64,000 nucleotides of DNA from Parcubacteria group bacterium (GTDB taxonomy: Bacteria > Patescibacteriota > Minisyncoccia > Phycocordibacterales > Phycocordibacteraceae), in NCBI GenBank assembly GCA_028286615.1, contig JAQBRG010000005.1:913-64912 (forward strand), read 5' to 3'. The first letter of the stretch is position 1; every line of letters begins with the position of its first letter. The notes beneath the pieces are model-generated. The model made no database searches, was not told where the DNA came from, and saw only the letters and a list, made by a program, of their open reading frames with translations. Positions 1 through 9,053 of the stretch are shown piece after piece. Made by a program: the position numbers and the translations under genes.

Positions 1-256
1 AGCGTTTATTGTCTACCAGCTCTACCGGTTCACGCATACTCATTCGCCGGTACTACTCCTACTGTCTGCATTCGATGTATTGGTTATCTGGCTTATCTGG
101 CATGAATATAGGGTGGCTAGGGCATATGAGCGTATGGTCGCGGCTGAATCTGCTAGTTTGGGAGCTTAGATGTGCAGAAAGTTCCAAGATTGTTCCAGAT
201 CGCTATATCATCCAAAAAGCACCATTTGTTTCGTTAATTTGCGGTACTATTGAACT

Positions 257-649
257 ATGGAAAGAATGCTACCGGATCTTCAAAAGGCGCTCGTAGCCAA
301 CCCCAAAGCAAAGGCCCAGTGGAAAGACCTTACGCCAATTGCGCGTAGAGACTTCATTAGCTGGATAGAGTCAGCGAAACAGGCAGAAACACGCAAGCGC
401 CGAGTTGAGGTTGCTTGCGACAAGCTTGTGGCAGGAAAGCGACGCCCGTGTTGCTACGCAATAGTTCCCATGAATTTGTATAAAGCACTGGACGCGACTC
501 CTAAAGCAAAAGCCCAGTGGAAGACCCTCACACCAGACGCGCGTAGGGATTTTGTTGATTGGATAGAGGGAGCAAAAGACTCTGAGATGCGTACACAAAG
601 AATCGAGAAAACACGCACGCTACTCGCGGCCGGGAAGCAACGTCCTTAA
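257..649 (+). CDS. YdeI/OmpD-associated family protein carrying two tandem copies of the ~55-aa domain
   Basis: Two repeats of the ...PKAKAQWK.LTP.ARRDF..WIE.AK...R..RIEK....L..GK.RP pattern; complete ORF of 130 aa. Confidence 0.5.
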   Translation: MERMLPDLQKALVANPKAKAQWKDLTPIARRDFISWIESAKQAETRKRRVEVACDKLVAGKRRPCCYAIVPMNLYKALDATPKAKAQWKTLTPDARRDFVDWIEGAKDSEMRTQRIEKTRTLLAAGKQRP

Positions 650-712
650 ATCTCTGAAGTTGAGCTATCGCAGATGGTTATTGACACAAGGTAAAATATC
701 AAGGAATAACCA

Positions 713-1492
713 ATGTCGTATCTACTTGAATTCTTAGTGTTTGGCATAAAACAGGCGAGGGCTGCAATATTCGCAGGCTCGTTCTTTGTCCTGCTCTTTG
801 CGTCCAACTATCTTCCCCTATACGGACTCCCTAGATACGACTTCCTCTTCCTCTCTGCAGTTCTGCTCCAAGCAATTCTGTATTTCACTGGCCTCGAAAC
901 AAAAGAGGAAGTGAGGACGGTGTTTATTTTTCACTTAATCGGACTTGGTCTAGAGATCTTCAAGACGAGTCCTGGTATTGGATCTTGGAGCTATCCAGAG
1001 GCAGCCTTCTTCAAGATCGCAACGGTCCCGTTGTTTAGCGGATTTATGTACGCAGCAGTTGGAAGTTATATCAGCCAGTCTTGGAATGTAATGAAGCTAG
1101 AGTTGAAAGGCTATTCCAACTACACGCTAAGTGCTGTATTAGGCATACTTATATATATAAACTTCTTTACGAACCATTACATATACGACTTCAGGCTCTT
1201 CCTCATCGCTGCAATATTTATCTTGTTCTGGAAGACACGCGTTTACTTTACCGCCTTGCATAATCGCAGATGGATGCCGCTTAACGTAGCATTCGTATTA
1301 ATCGCTTTCTTCATATGGATAGCGGAGAATGTCTCAACATATTTTGGTGCATGGCAGTATCCAGACCAAGTGCACCAATGGACTCTCGTATCTAGCCAAA
1401 AGATTACCTCTTGGTTTCTCATGGTAATAATCAGCTTTATTCTTGTTGCGTATCTTAAGCACGTTAGGCGAGAATCTCGAAGAGATAATTAA
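713..1492 (+). CDS. polytopic integral membrane protein (DUF817-like?)
   Basis: 259-aa ORF with many hydrophobic helices; no catalytic motif recognised. Confidence 0.4.
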   Translation: MSYLLEFLVFGIKQARAAIFAGSFFVLLFASNYLPLYGLPRYDFLFLSAVLLQAILYFTGLETKEEVRTVFIFHLIGLGLEIFKTSPGIGSWSYPEAAFFKIATVPLFSGFMYAAVGSYISQSWNVMKLELKGYSNYTLSAVLGILIYINFFTNHYIYDFRLFLIAAIFILFWKTRVYFTALHNRRWMPLNVAFVLIAFFIWIAENVSTYFGAWQYPDQVHQWTLVSSQKITSWFLMVIISFILVAYLKHVRRESRRDN

Positions 1493-1529
1493 GAGAAATT
1501 CCTACCTCACTATTGCTATACTGTTACCC

Positions 1530-2069
1530 ATGAAAGACGTGGTGTTTATAACCGGCAACCAAAAGAAAGCAGACTACCTTGCTGAACTTCTTGGACATCC
1601 AATAGAGCACGTGAAAGTTGATTTAGATGAGATTCAATCTCTTGATCTTAGGGAAGTGGTAAAGCATAAGATGAGGCAAGCGTATGCACAGGTGCAGCGT
1701 CCGGTACTGGTTGAGGACGTGAGTCTCGAGTTTGTGGCTCTTGGAAGACTGCCCGGCACTTTTATCAAATGGTTTCAAGGAGAGCTCTCATACGAAGCAA
1801 TCTGTCGACTTGTTGACGGCAAAGACAGGGGAGCTGTAGCAAGGTCTGTGTTTGGGTATTTTGATGGAACGAGCGAGGTTTATTTTGAAAGCAGCATGAA
1901 AGGATTAGTGCCCATGCAGCCAGCTGGCACTGGAGGATATGGTTGGGACTCAATCTTTATTCCAGAAGGATATTCCATAACCCGTGCCGAACTTTCTCCC
2001 GAGGAGGACCGCAAGACATACCTACAGATAAAGCCAATTGCAGAGGTGCGAGACTTTCTAACTACGTGA
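1530..2069 (+). CDS. rdgB: non-canonical purine NTP pyrophosphatase (RdgB/Ham1 family)
   Basis: N-terminal ITGNQKK and VEDVSLEFVALGRLPG motifs typical of Ham1/RdgB. Start moved to the internal ATG at 1530 (MKDVVFITGN). Confidence 0.7.
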   Translation: MKDVVFITGNQKKADYLAELLGHPIEHVKVDLDEIQSLDLREVVKHKMRQAYAQVQRPVLVEDVSLEFVALGRLPGTFIKWFQGELSYEAICRLVDGKDRGAVARSVFGYFDGTSEVYFESSMKGLVPMQPAGTGGYGWDSIFIPEGYSITRAELSPEEDRKTYLQIKPIAEVRDFLTT

Positions 2070-2130
2070 GAAATTCACAAACCCCTCTAATTTTGAGCCT
2101 TTTCATGAGACGCGGTATGATACACAGGTT

Positions 2131-3144
2131 ATGGCTTCTTTCTCGCCCCGCATAGGTATAGACCTAGGCACGACTAACGTGCTGGTTTTCATTCCAGGCA
2201 AAGGCGTGGTGCTGAACGAGCCCTCCGTTGTTGCGGTCTCCACAGAAACAAACAAGGTGCTTGCTATAGGTGTTGAGGCCAAAGCGATGATTGGCCGCAC
2301 ACCTGACTCCATCATTGCGTACAGACCTATGAAGGACGGCGTTATTGCGGACTATCGCGTAACCGAAGCCATGCTCCGTTATTTCATGCGCAAGGCACTC
2401 GGACGTTTTCAATTCTTTAAGCCAACCGTACTTGTTTCAGTACCGGCTGGCGTAACCTCAACTGAGAAGCGTGCGGTTATCGAAGCTGCTGTTAAGGCCG
2501 GAGCTCGTGACGCATACGTAGTTAAGGAACCTATCCTTGCCGCTATTGGTGCAGGTATTCCCATTCATGAACCCATGGGACGCATGGTTGCAGACATTGG
2601 TGGAGGCACTATAGACGTGGCGGTGATATCGCTTGGAGGTATTGTTGCTTCAACATCCGTTAAGTGTGCCGGCAACAAGCTTGATAGGGCAATCGTGGAC
2701 CACCTTAAGAAGCAGTACAACCTCGCTATCGGAGACAAGACAGCTGAGGAGGTAAAGATAACAGTTGGTTCTGCGGTACCTGTCTCAGAAGAACTTATGA
2801 TGCTGGTAAAGGGAAGAGATCTGGTATCCGGTCTCCCACGCACCGTTGAACTCAAGACCAATGAAGTGGTGCATGCGCTTAATCGCGAACTAAGAGAGAT
2901 GATGGCTGCAGTACGTAAAGTGCTTCAGGACACTCCTCCTGAACTTGCTTCAGACATAATCGACAATGGCATTATTCTTACAGGAGGCACCTCTCAGCTT
3001 CGCCATCTTCCTGAGCTAGTGTTCAGACGCACTGGTGTCCAAGCAAAACTCGCAGACGATGCATACTTCTGTGTTGCGAGAGGTACTGGCGTTGCGCTTA
3101 AACATTTGGATACGTATAAGCAGAGTATTATCTCGAAGAAGTAG
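2131..3144 (+). CDS. mreB: rod shape-determining actin homolog MreB
   Basis: IGIDLGTTNVLV...EPSVVAV phosphate-1 motif and DIGGGT phosphate-2 motif; 337 aa. Confidence 0.85.
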   Translation: MASFSPRIGIDLGTTNVLVFIPGKGVVLNEPSVVAVSTETNKVLAIGVEAKAMIGRTPDSIIAYRPMKDGVIADYRVTEAMLRYFMRKALGRFQFFKPTVLVSVPAGVTSTEKRAVIEAAVKAGARDAYVVKEPILAAIGAGIPIHEPMGRMVADIGGGTIDVAVISLGGIVASTSVKCAGNKLDRAIVDHLKKQYNLAIGDKTAEEVKITVGSAVPVSEELMMLVKGRDLVSGLPRTVELKTNEVVHALNRELREMMAAVRKVLQDTPPELASDIIDNGIILTGGTSQLRHLPELVFRRTGVQAKLADDAYFCVARGTGVALKHLDTYKQSIISKK

Positions 3145-3162
3145 GCAATATAGAAATGTAAA

Positions 3163-3197
3163 AAGGGCTCCCGACGCGCGTTGCGAAGGGAGCCCTT
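3163..3197. terminator. bidirectional intrinsic terminator hairpin between mreB and the convergent high-GC gene
   Basis: aagggctccc...gggagccctt perfect stem flanked by A and T runs. Confidence 0.55.
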
Positions 3198-3209
3198 GGT
3201 CGTTCTGAG

Positions 3210-3905
3210 CTAGAAGCTCTTGCTGAAGCCGACGTTGAAGGCCGGCTTCGTGCGCTGGATCAGCTTCGTGTTGACGGAAAGCGAGAAGCTTCCGAAGTTG
3301 CGAGCGAGCGTGATGTCAGCATAGGCGGTGTTCAGGTCGTCGGTGAAGTCGCGAGACTCCGCCGTGTCGATGTCGAGCGACACCTTTTCCGAGATGGGCA
3401 CGTTGATGCGTGCGCCGGCGCGGATGAGGCTGGTGTTCGGAAAGTCCTTGGTGCCGAGCCACTCGGTGCCGCGCACGTACGGCATAACCGTAACAGCGCC
3501 AGCTTTGAACGAGTGCCCGAAGTCGGCGTAGATCGCGATGACATCGTCATCGAAGTTGCCGAAGTCGGAAAGAAGCCAGTAGGCTCCCGACACCTTGTAC
3601 TCGACGCCAGCGATCTTGCCAGCGTTGGTGACGGTGGCGTCGATTTCGTCGCCATAGCCGCGGTGGCCGTAGCGGCCGGGGGTAGACAGGTCGGTCGAAG
3701 TCCAGAGGTCGTACGACCAGCCCTTGCAGGTGTAGGTCACGCCGCCTTGGAAGACGGGCGAGTCGACGGTGGCGCCGTTGTCGGTGAAGACGTAGCGGTT
3801 GGCCACGTTCGCATAGACGGTTTTGCTGCAGGGTTCAGCGAACGCCGGCAGCGCCGCGAGGAACAAAGAAGCGAAAGCGAAAAGGGCAAGCGCGCGGTTG
3901 CGCAT
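3210..3905 (-). CDS. predicted outer-membrane beta-barrel protein resembling the proteobacterial TIGR02001 family; high-GC, likely foreign
   Basis: Signal peptide MRNRALALFAFASLFLAALPAFA, then YANVANRYVFTDNGATVDSPVFQGGVTYT..GWSYDLWTS (TIGR02001-like), and a C-terminal Phe. GC far above the flanking DNA. Confidence 0.5.
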   Translation of the reverse strand: MRNRALALFAFASLFLAALPAFAEPCSKTVYANVANRYVFTDNGATVDSPVFQGGVTYTCKGWSYDLWTSTDLSTPGRYGHRGYGDEIDATVTNAGKIAGVEYKVSGAYWLLSDFGNFDDDVIAIYADFGHSFKAGAVTVMPYVRGTEWLGTKDFPNTSLIRAGARINVPISEKVSLDIDTAESRDFTDDLNTAYADITLARNFGSFSLSVNTKLIQRTKPAFNVGFSKSF

Positions 3906-4006
3906 CTTGAATCTCCATTGTCAGAGGTTGTGGCGGTTGAGTCCGCACGCATACTAAATACTAGTATGAACTATATTTGACTCTTTGTCAAATATGTATA
4001 AAAGCC

Positions 4007-4522
4007 TTATTTAACGCGGGTTAAATGGAGTGCTCCTCCTCCGGTCATATAGCTCATGGTCATCTCTGTAGCAGTGAGTTGGGTGATGGCGTAGTAGAGA
4101 ACCTCTTCTGGGAACTGCACTTTTACGATAACGGCATCTTTCACAACAGGAAGATTAACTGGCTCCTTTGAAGGGTTCGTAACAATAGACCATTCTCCTG
4201 TAACAGTTGCGTCATCATTTCCTGCATAGGTATCAGTTACATTTCCGGATGCAGTAAAGGTACGAGCTGAACGTGAGTCGTCTTGGTTACGCCATACGCC
4301 AACGATACCTGTACGCACCTTGTCGCTCGGGTTGGTGCTAACGGGCTTTGTGGATTCTGTAGGAGAGGTACTGGTAGCAACTTCTTCCTCGGTCTGCACA
4401 CGCGTTACGCGGTAGTTATTCACGAGCCAGTAGCCGGCTATGGTGAGGACTACGCCTGCTGCCAAACCTACGACTGCTGCGAGAATGATCTGCGTTCTGG
4501 TATCCATGTTGTTCGTATCCAT
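4007..4522 (-). CDS. hypothetical membrane-anchored protein
   Basis: Internal start MDTNNMDTRTQIILAAVVGLAAGVVLTIAGYWL (TM anchor). The longer upstream extension overlaps holB on the other strand and was dropped. Confidence 0.4.
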   Translation of the reverse strand: MDTNNMDTRTQIILAAVVGLAAGVVLTIAGYWLVNNYRVTRVQTEEEVATSTSPTESTKPVSTNPSDKVRTGIVGVWRNQDDSRSARTFTASGNVTDTYAGNDDATVTGEWSIVTNPSKEPVNLPVVKDAVIVKVQFPEEVLYYAITQLTATEMTMSYMTGGGALHLTRVK

Positions 4523-4579
4523 AGGTATAGGCGTTAAGGCGGGTATGCGTAAAGTGTAGCACCGCGGTATTCTGGGTAC

Positions 4580-5257
4580 ATGGCGCACCATGCGTATGTC
4601 TATGCGGGCGAACTCGAAGAGGGGATAGAAGCCGCGCTTGTCTTTGCTGAGAACGAGCTCTCGATGCCCGTGCTTGCGAACCCTGATATTGCTGTGTGGA
4701 GACACGGACTCTTTTCTGTCGATGACGCCCGTGCTGCCGGCATGTTCGCGGCCCAGGCTCCTATTGGCGACAAGAAGCTCATGGTTATCGCTGCGAGCCG
4801 TCTCTTCCATGAGGCACAGAACGCACTTCTCAAACTCTTTGAAGAACCGCCTGAGGGCACAACTCTCATCTTGATTATTCCCGCAGAGGGAATACTTCTC
4901 CCAACACTTCGTTCGCGCATCTTAATGCTTCCGAACCAGACAAAAGAAAAAGGAAAGGCAGAGGAATATCTGAAAGCAACTGTTGAAGCCAGAGCCAAGA
5001 TTGTTGCCAAACTCATAGATCGCACTAAAGGAGACAAGGACGAAGAAAAACAAGCAGCACGTCTTGAGATGCTCCATATATTAGAAGGCATAACGCGTGC
5101 TGCTTATGCGGCGAGAAGCAAAGCGAAAGATACGCATGAGCTTGATCTGTTTCTTTCAGACCTCGACCGATTCATTCCCATGCTTCACGACCGGTCTGCT
5201 CCCTACAAACTTATCTTCGAACACCTTTCGCTAGTACTCCCAAAGGAGCTTCGCTAG
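4580..5257 (+). CDS. holB: DNA polymerase III delta prime subunit-like (short form)
   Basis: N-terminal HAYVYAG plus LLKLFEEPPEGTTLILI clamp-loader box; lacks an intact P-loop, as is typical for delta prime. Confidence 0.55.
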   Translation: MAHHAYVYAGELEEGIEAALVFAENELSMPVLANPDIAVWRHGLFSVDDARAAGMFAAQAPIGDKKLMVIAASRLFHEAQNALLKLFEEPPEGTTLILIIPAEGILLPTLRSRILMLPNQTKEKGKAEEYLKATVEARAKIVAKLIDRTKGDKDEEKQAARLEMLHILEGITRAAYAARSKAKDTHELDLFLSDLDRFIPMLHDRSAPYKLIFEHLSLVLPKELR

Positions 5258-5276
5258 TGCTACACTGGCGCTATCT

Positions 5277-5828
5277 ATGGCATACGATTTTTCGAAACTA
5301 AACGGGGCAATTAAGGAAACTGAGGAATGGCTCATGCGTGAGCTTTCAACTATCCGCACAGGACGCGCAGTGCCTTCTATTCTGGATAACGTAAAGCCTG
5401 AGGCATACGGCACCAAATCTCCTTTAACGCAGATTGCGAGTGTATCGGTTGAAGACGCACGTTCTATTCGTGTGGTGCCTTGGGACAAGACGCTCATGCG
5501 CGATATTGAGAAAGCTATTGTTGATGCGGATTTAGGCGTGGGTGTTTCAACAGACGACCAGGGTCTTCGCGTTACATTCCCTGAACTAACTGGCGAGCGC
5601 CGCACTATGCTTCTTAAGGTTGCGGGAGAGAAGACAGAACAGGCTCGCGTTACGCTCCGCGGACACCGTGCAGCAACGCTTAAAGATATTGAGGCTGCAG
5701 AAAAAGAAGGAGGCATGGGACAAGACGATGTGAAGCGCTACAAGGACGAAGTGCAGAAGCTTATAGACAAAGGCGGGGAAGCACTCGATGCGCTTCTAAA
5801 GAAAAAGGAAGTTGAGATTTCAAACTAG
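5277..5828 (+). CDS. frr: ribosome recycling factor
   Basis: 183 aa; LSTIRTGRA...L..I.V.....L.V.P.D conserved Frr signature. Confidence 0.9.
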   Translation: MAYDFSKLNGAIKETEEWLMRELSTIRTGRAVPSILDNVKPEAYGTKSPLTQIASVSVEDARSIRVVPWDKTLMRDIEKAIVDADLGVGVSTDDQGLRVTFPELTGERRTMLLKVAGEKTEQARVTLRGHRAATLKDIEAAEKEGGMGQDDVKRYKDEVQKLIDKGGEALDALLKKKEVEISN

Positions 5829-5831
5829 TAC

Positions 5832-6935
5832 ATGTCTATCGTTATCTTTATTCTCGTCCTCATTGCGCTCATCGTAGTGCACGAGCTTGGACATTTCTTT
5901 GCAGCAAAGCTCTCAGGCATGCGCGTAGACGAGTTCGGTATCGGGTATCCACCTCGTGCTCTTACCATCGCTCGCAAGAATGGAACGGCGTATACCCTCA
6001 ACTGGCTGCCATTCGGCGGCTTCGTTAAGATCTTTGGCGAAGACCCGATTGCAGGAACCTTGGGAGATCCTAAAGCCTTCTCTTCTCGTCCTCGCATTCT
6101 GCAGGCATTAACGCTTGTTGCAGGTATTGCCATGAACCTCGTGTTTGCATGGGTGCTGCTTTCAGTATCTCTAGGACTCGGAACATTGCGAGCACTTTCT
6201 CCTGAAGAAGCTGCTATGGCTCCTGACGCGCAGCTTGCTGTTGCAAACGTGCTTCCAGGATCTCCTGCAGAAGTTGCAGGTCTTAAACAGGGCGATGTTA
6301 TTACGCACATTGAAGGCGCAGGAGGGGAATACATTGGAGCAGACCCCGTCCAGTTCACCGCTTTCGTTTCAGAACATGAGGCGGGTATTCCTCTCGCAAT
6401 TCATGTTAAGAACCAGGCAGGAGTTGAGCGCGATATAACCGTCGCAACCAAGAAGGGAGTTGTTGTTTCTGAGCCAGAGCGCGCCGCGCTTGGTGTAGGG
6501 CTCGCAACTATTGGTACCGTTAAGGTTGCTTGGTACAAAGCACCTGTAGACGGCCTTATCCTAACCTGGGAAGTTACCAAAGAGACCGCTTTCGCACTCA
6601 TTCACTTCTTTGCAGGCATCTTTACCTTTACAGCAGACCTCTCTCAAGTAGCAGGACCTGTGGGTATTGCGGGAGCGGTAGGGAACGCAGCGAGCGACAG
6701 TTTCGCCTCTCTGCTCTCTATAACTGCCCTTATTTCTATAAACCTCGCTCTCATTAACTTGCTCCCAATCCCAGCACTTGATGGAGGACGTCTTCTCTTT
6801 GTTATTGTCGAAGCTATAACCAGGAAGCCTATTAACGTGACATTCGTGAACGTGGTTAACACCGGAGGTTTTATGCTCCTCGTGCTATTGATGTTGGTTA
6901 TAACAGCACACGATATTTTTAAAATCGTTGGCTAG
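5832..6935 (+). CDS. rseP: RIP site-2 zinc metalloprotease RseP
   Basis: HELGHF zinc motif, PDZ region and LINLLPIPALDGG motif. Confidence 0.85.
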   Translation: MSIVIFILVLIALIVVHELGHFFAAKLSGMRVDEFGIGYPPRALTIARKNGTAYTLNWLPFGGFVKIFGEDPIAGTLGDPKAFSSRPRILQALTLVAGIAMNLVFAWVLLSVSLGLGTLRALSPEEAAMAPDAQLAVANVLPGSPAEVAGLKQGDVITHIEGAGGEYIGADPVQFTAFVSEHEAGIPLAIHVKNQAGVERDITVATKKGVVVSEPERAALGVGLATIGTVKVAWYKAPVDGLILTWEVTKETAFALIHFFAGIFTFTADLSQVAGPVGIAGAVGNAASDSFASLLSITALISINLALINLLPIPALDGGRLLFVIVEAITRKPINVTFVNVVNTGGFMLLVLLMLVITAHDIFKIVG

Positions 6936-7393
6936 GACACGCCAATCTGGTGCCGTGCAACAGAACCATCTGGCGCGAAATACAGTTCGCCATGCACAGA
7001 CTTTCCCTCAAGCACTTGAGGAAGCCAGTACGTATCTGAAACCCACATCTCCTCGTACGGGATATCTTTTAGTGCAAACCACCTGGGTGCCATCTCTTCT
7101 GTCTCAATTGGTTCCCCCTCCCATTTCTTTATAAGGAATATGTGTACACGCTGGCTCCACTCAGGTTTGTCTACAAAATAGAAATCAATATGCCCTCGGC
7201 GTTCAAGAGCAGATGGTTCGGCCGATACTAGTATCTCTTCCTGCAATTCTCGAATTGTTGCCTGTTCAATACTTTCCCCCTCATCAACTTTGCCTCCAAG
7301 CCCGTTCCATTTGCTCATGCCGAAGCCGCGCTTCTTCATGGCCAAACAGATTCTCTCGCTATCTAGGAGAAAGCAGAGGGATGTGTCTCTCAT
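6932..7393 (-). CDS. NUDIX hydrolase
   Basis: Nudix box GGKVDEGESIEQATIRELQEEILV; AGGTGA Shine-Dalgarno upstream and an in-frame stop just before the ATG. Confidence 0.8.
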   Translation of the reverse strand: MRDTSLCFLLDSERICLAMKKRGFGMSKWNGLGGKVDEGESIEQATIRELQEEILVSAEPSALERRGHIDFYFVDKPEWSQRVHIFLIKKWEGEPIETEEMAPRWFALKDIPYEEMWVSDTYWLPQVLEGKSVHGELYFAPDGSVARHQIGVS

Positions 7394-7450
7394 GCGTAAA
7401 TGGTATCACCTCGTGGGTAGATAAAAAGAACGTGCCGCATGTGAGTTAGG

Positions 7451-7720
7451 TTATGCGACACGTTGAAGTCCTGAGGTCTCTTCACAGCGAAATACAGACG
7501 GGATTCTTGCAATACTCTCAGTATCAAACGGTTCGCACCCGGGTGCGTGGTGTTTCAAACGTTCGAGCCTGAGAGAGAAACCGCGCACATGTACAGCTAT
7601 GATGGTTCGTTGGTAAAGACCTTTCGGGGAAATAGGCATATTGCAGTGATAGCAGGCATGGGCCTTGCGCGCCTTATAAACCTGCGAGCTTACGACCTCT
7701 GAAGATGCTTCCATTTGCAA
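7451..7720 (-). CDS. hypothetical small Cys/His-containing protein
   Basis: 89-aa ORF with CYHC...HHAPGC pattern; no homology recognised. Confidence 0.2.
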   Translation of the reverse strand: MQMEASSEVVSSQVYKARKAHACYHCNMPISPKGLYQRTIIAVHVRGFSLRLERLKHHAPGCEPFDTESIARIPSVFRCEETSGLQRVA

Positions 7721-7785
7721 GTCCTCCTAGGGAAAATCATACACCCGAGGGACCTTTTGCCCTTCTCTGAAGAGGGCACTATACT

Positions 7786-9051
7786 GTGGAGACTATGCGG
7801 CAAACCCAGCTATTTACGAAGACCAGGCGCGAGGCTCCAAAAGACGAGACTGCCAAGAACGCGCAGCTCCTCATTCGTGCAGGATTCGTGCACAAAGAGA
7901 TGGCAGGAGTGTACTCATATCTGCCTCTTGGACTCCGTGTGCTTGAAAACATTACTCAGATTATCCGTGAGGAGATGAATGCTATCGGCGGGCAGGAACT
8001 GATAATGACAGCACTTCAAGACAAAGAACTCTGGAGTCGTACTGATAGATGGGACGACGAGAAAGTTGATAACTGGTTCAAGACTTCTCTTAAGAGCGGA
8101 GGAGAGACCGGTCTCGCTATTACGCACGAAGAACCGCTTACCCGTATCATGACGGACCACATCTCTTCGTATAGAGATCTTCCGGTATTTGCATACCAGT
8201 TCCAGAATAAGTTTAGAAACGAGATGCGCGCGAAGTCTGGCGTTATGCGTGGACGGGAATTTTTAATGAAAGATCTCTACTCGTTCTCAGCAACACAAGA
8301 GCAGCATGAGGAACAATACGCTCTAGCGCGCGAGGCATACAAGAAGATATTCGAGAGACTGGGTATTGGTTCTCAGACTCATATAACCTTTGCCTCAGGA
8401 GGTGTGTTCAGCGAATTCTCTGAAGAATTCCAGACCATATCTGAAGCTGGCGAAGACCTTATTTATGTAGACGAAGAGACAGGTGTGGCGGTTAACAAAG
8501 AGGTGCTTACAGACGAAACGCTTTCAACGCTTGGTCTTGTACGTGAGAAGCTGGTTGAAAAGAAGGCGATTGAGTCTGGAAACATCTTCCATCTCGGAAC
8601 TAAGTTCTCTGAGCCGCTCGGTCTTATGTATGCAGATGCTGACGGCACGAAGAAGCCTGTGATCATGGGTTCTTATGGTATTGGCGTTAGTCGCATGATC
8701 GGAGTGCTGGTTGAAACACTCGCAGACGACAAGGGAATCGTATGGCCCGAGGCTGTAGCGCCATTCAAGATTCATCTTGTTTCTCTAGTACCTAACGACG
8801 AAGTGTCAGTTGCCTACGCTGATGCGCTATATGACGAGTTCACCAAGATGGGAGCAACGGTTCTTTATGACGACCGAGATGCACGTGCCGGAGAAAAGCT
8901 CGCAGACAGCGATCTTATGGGCATGCCGTGGCGAGTGATTGTTGGAAAGCAGACGGTTGAAAGCGGGAATGTTGAGGTGGTTAACCGCGCAACGGGAGAA
9001 GTGAAGCACCTCACACGTAAAGAACTCATTTCTTGGGCTGGGACCGCATAG
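7786..9051 (+). CDS. proS: prolyl-tRNA synthetase (compact bacterial type without editing insertion)
   Basis: Class II aaRS motifs and bacterial ProRS N-terminus (QLFTKTRREAPKDETAKNAQLLIRAGF); 421 aa. Confidence 0.9.
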   Translation: METMRQTQLFTKTRREAPKDETAKNAQLLIRAGFVHKEMAGVYSYLPLGLRVLENITQIIREEMNAIGGQELIMTALQDKELWSRTDRWDDEKVDNWFKTSLKSGGETGLAITHEEPLTRIMTDHISSYRDLPVFAYQFQNKFRNEMRAKSGVMRGREFLMKDLYSFSATQEQHEEQYALAREAYKKIFERLGIGSQTHITFASGGVFSEFSEEFQTISEAGEDLIYVDEETGVAVNKEVLTDETLSTLGLVREKLVEKKAIESGNIFHLGTKFSEPLGLMYADADGTKKPVIMGSYGIGVSRMIGVLVETLADDKGIVWPEAVAPFKIHLVSLVPNDEVSVAYADALYDEFTKMGATVLYDDRDARAGEKLADSDLMGMPWRVIVGKQTVESGNVEVVNRATGEVKHLTRKELISWAGTA

Positions 9052-9053
9052 GT

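Noticed and set aside
9-296. 95-aa ORF at the window start
   Set aside because: Low-complexity, partly overlaps the better-supported YdeI-like gene, and no recognisable features. The window edge also limits interpretation.
3328-3980. Plus-strand ORFs 3328..3531 and 3513..3980 and minus ORF 3332..3655 inside the high-GC OM-protein gene
   Set aside because: Typical spurious long ORFs in high-GC DNA. Ala/Arg/Gly-rich low-complexity translations, fully overlapped by the longer coherent minus-strand gene.
4523-4810. Long N-terminal extension of the 4007..4810 ORF
   Set aside because: It overlaps holB on the other strand. The internal Met precedes a clear TM anchor, so the shorter gene (4007..4522) is preferred.
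4600-5091. 163-aa minus-strand ORF antisense to holB, plus other antisense ORFs (5231..5716, 5825..6358, 9026..9565, 9608..10039, 10011..10484, 17828..18403, 31524..31943)
   Set aside because: Ser/Ala/Arg-rich low-complexity translations antisense to well-supported conserved genes.
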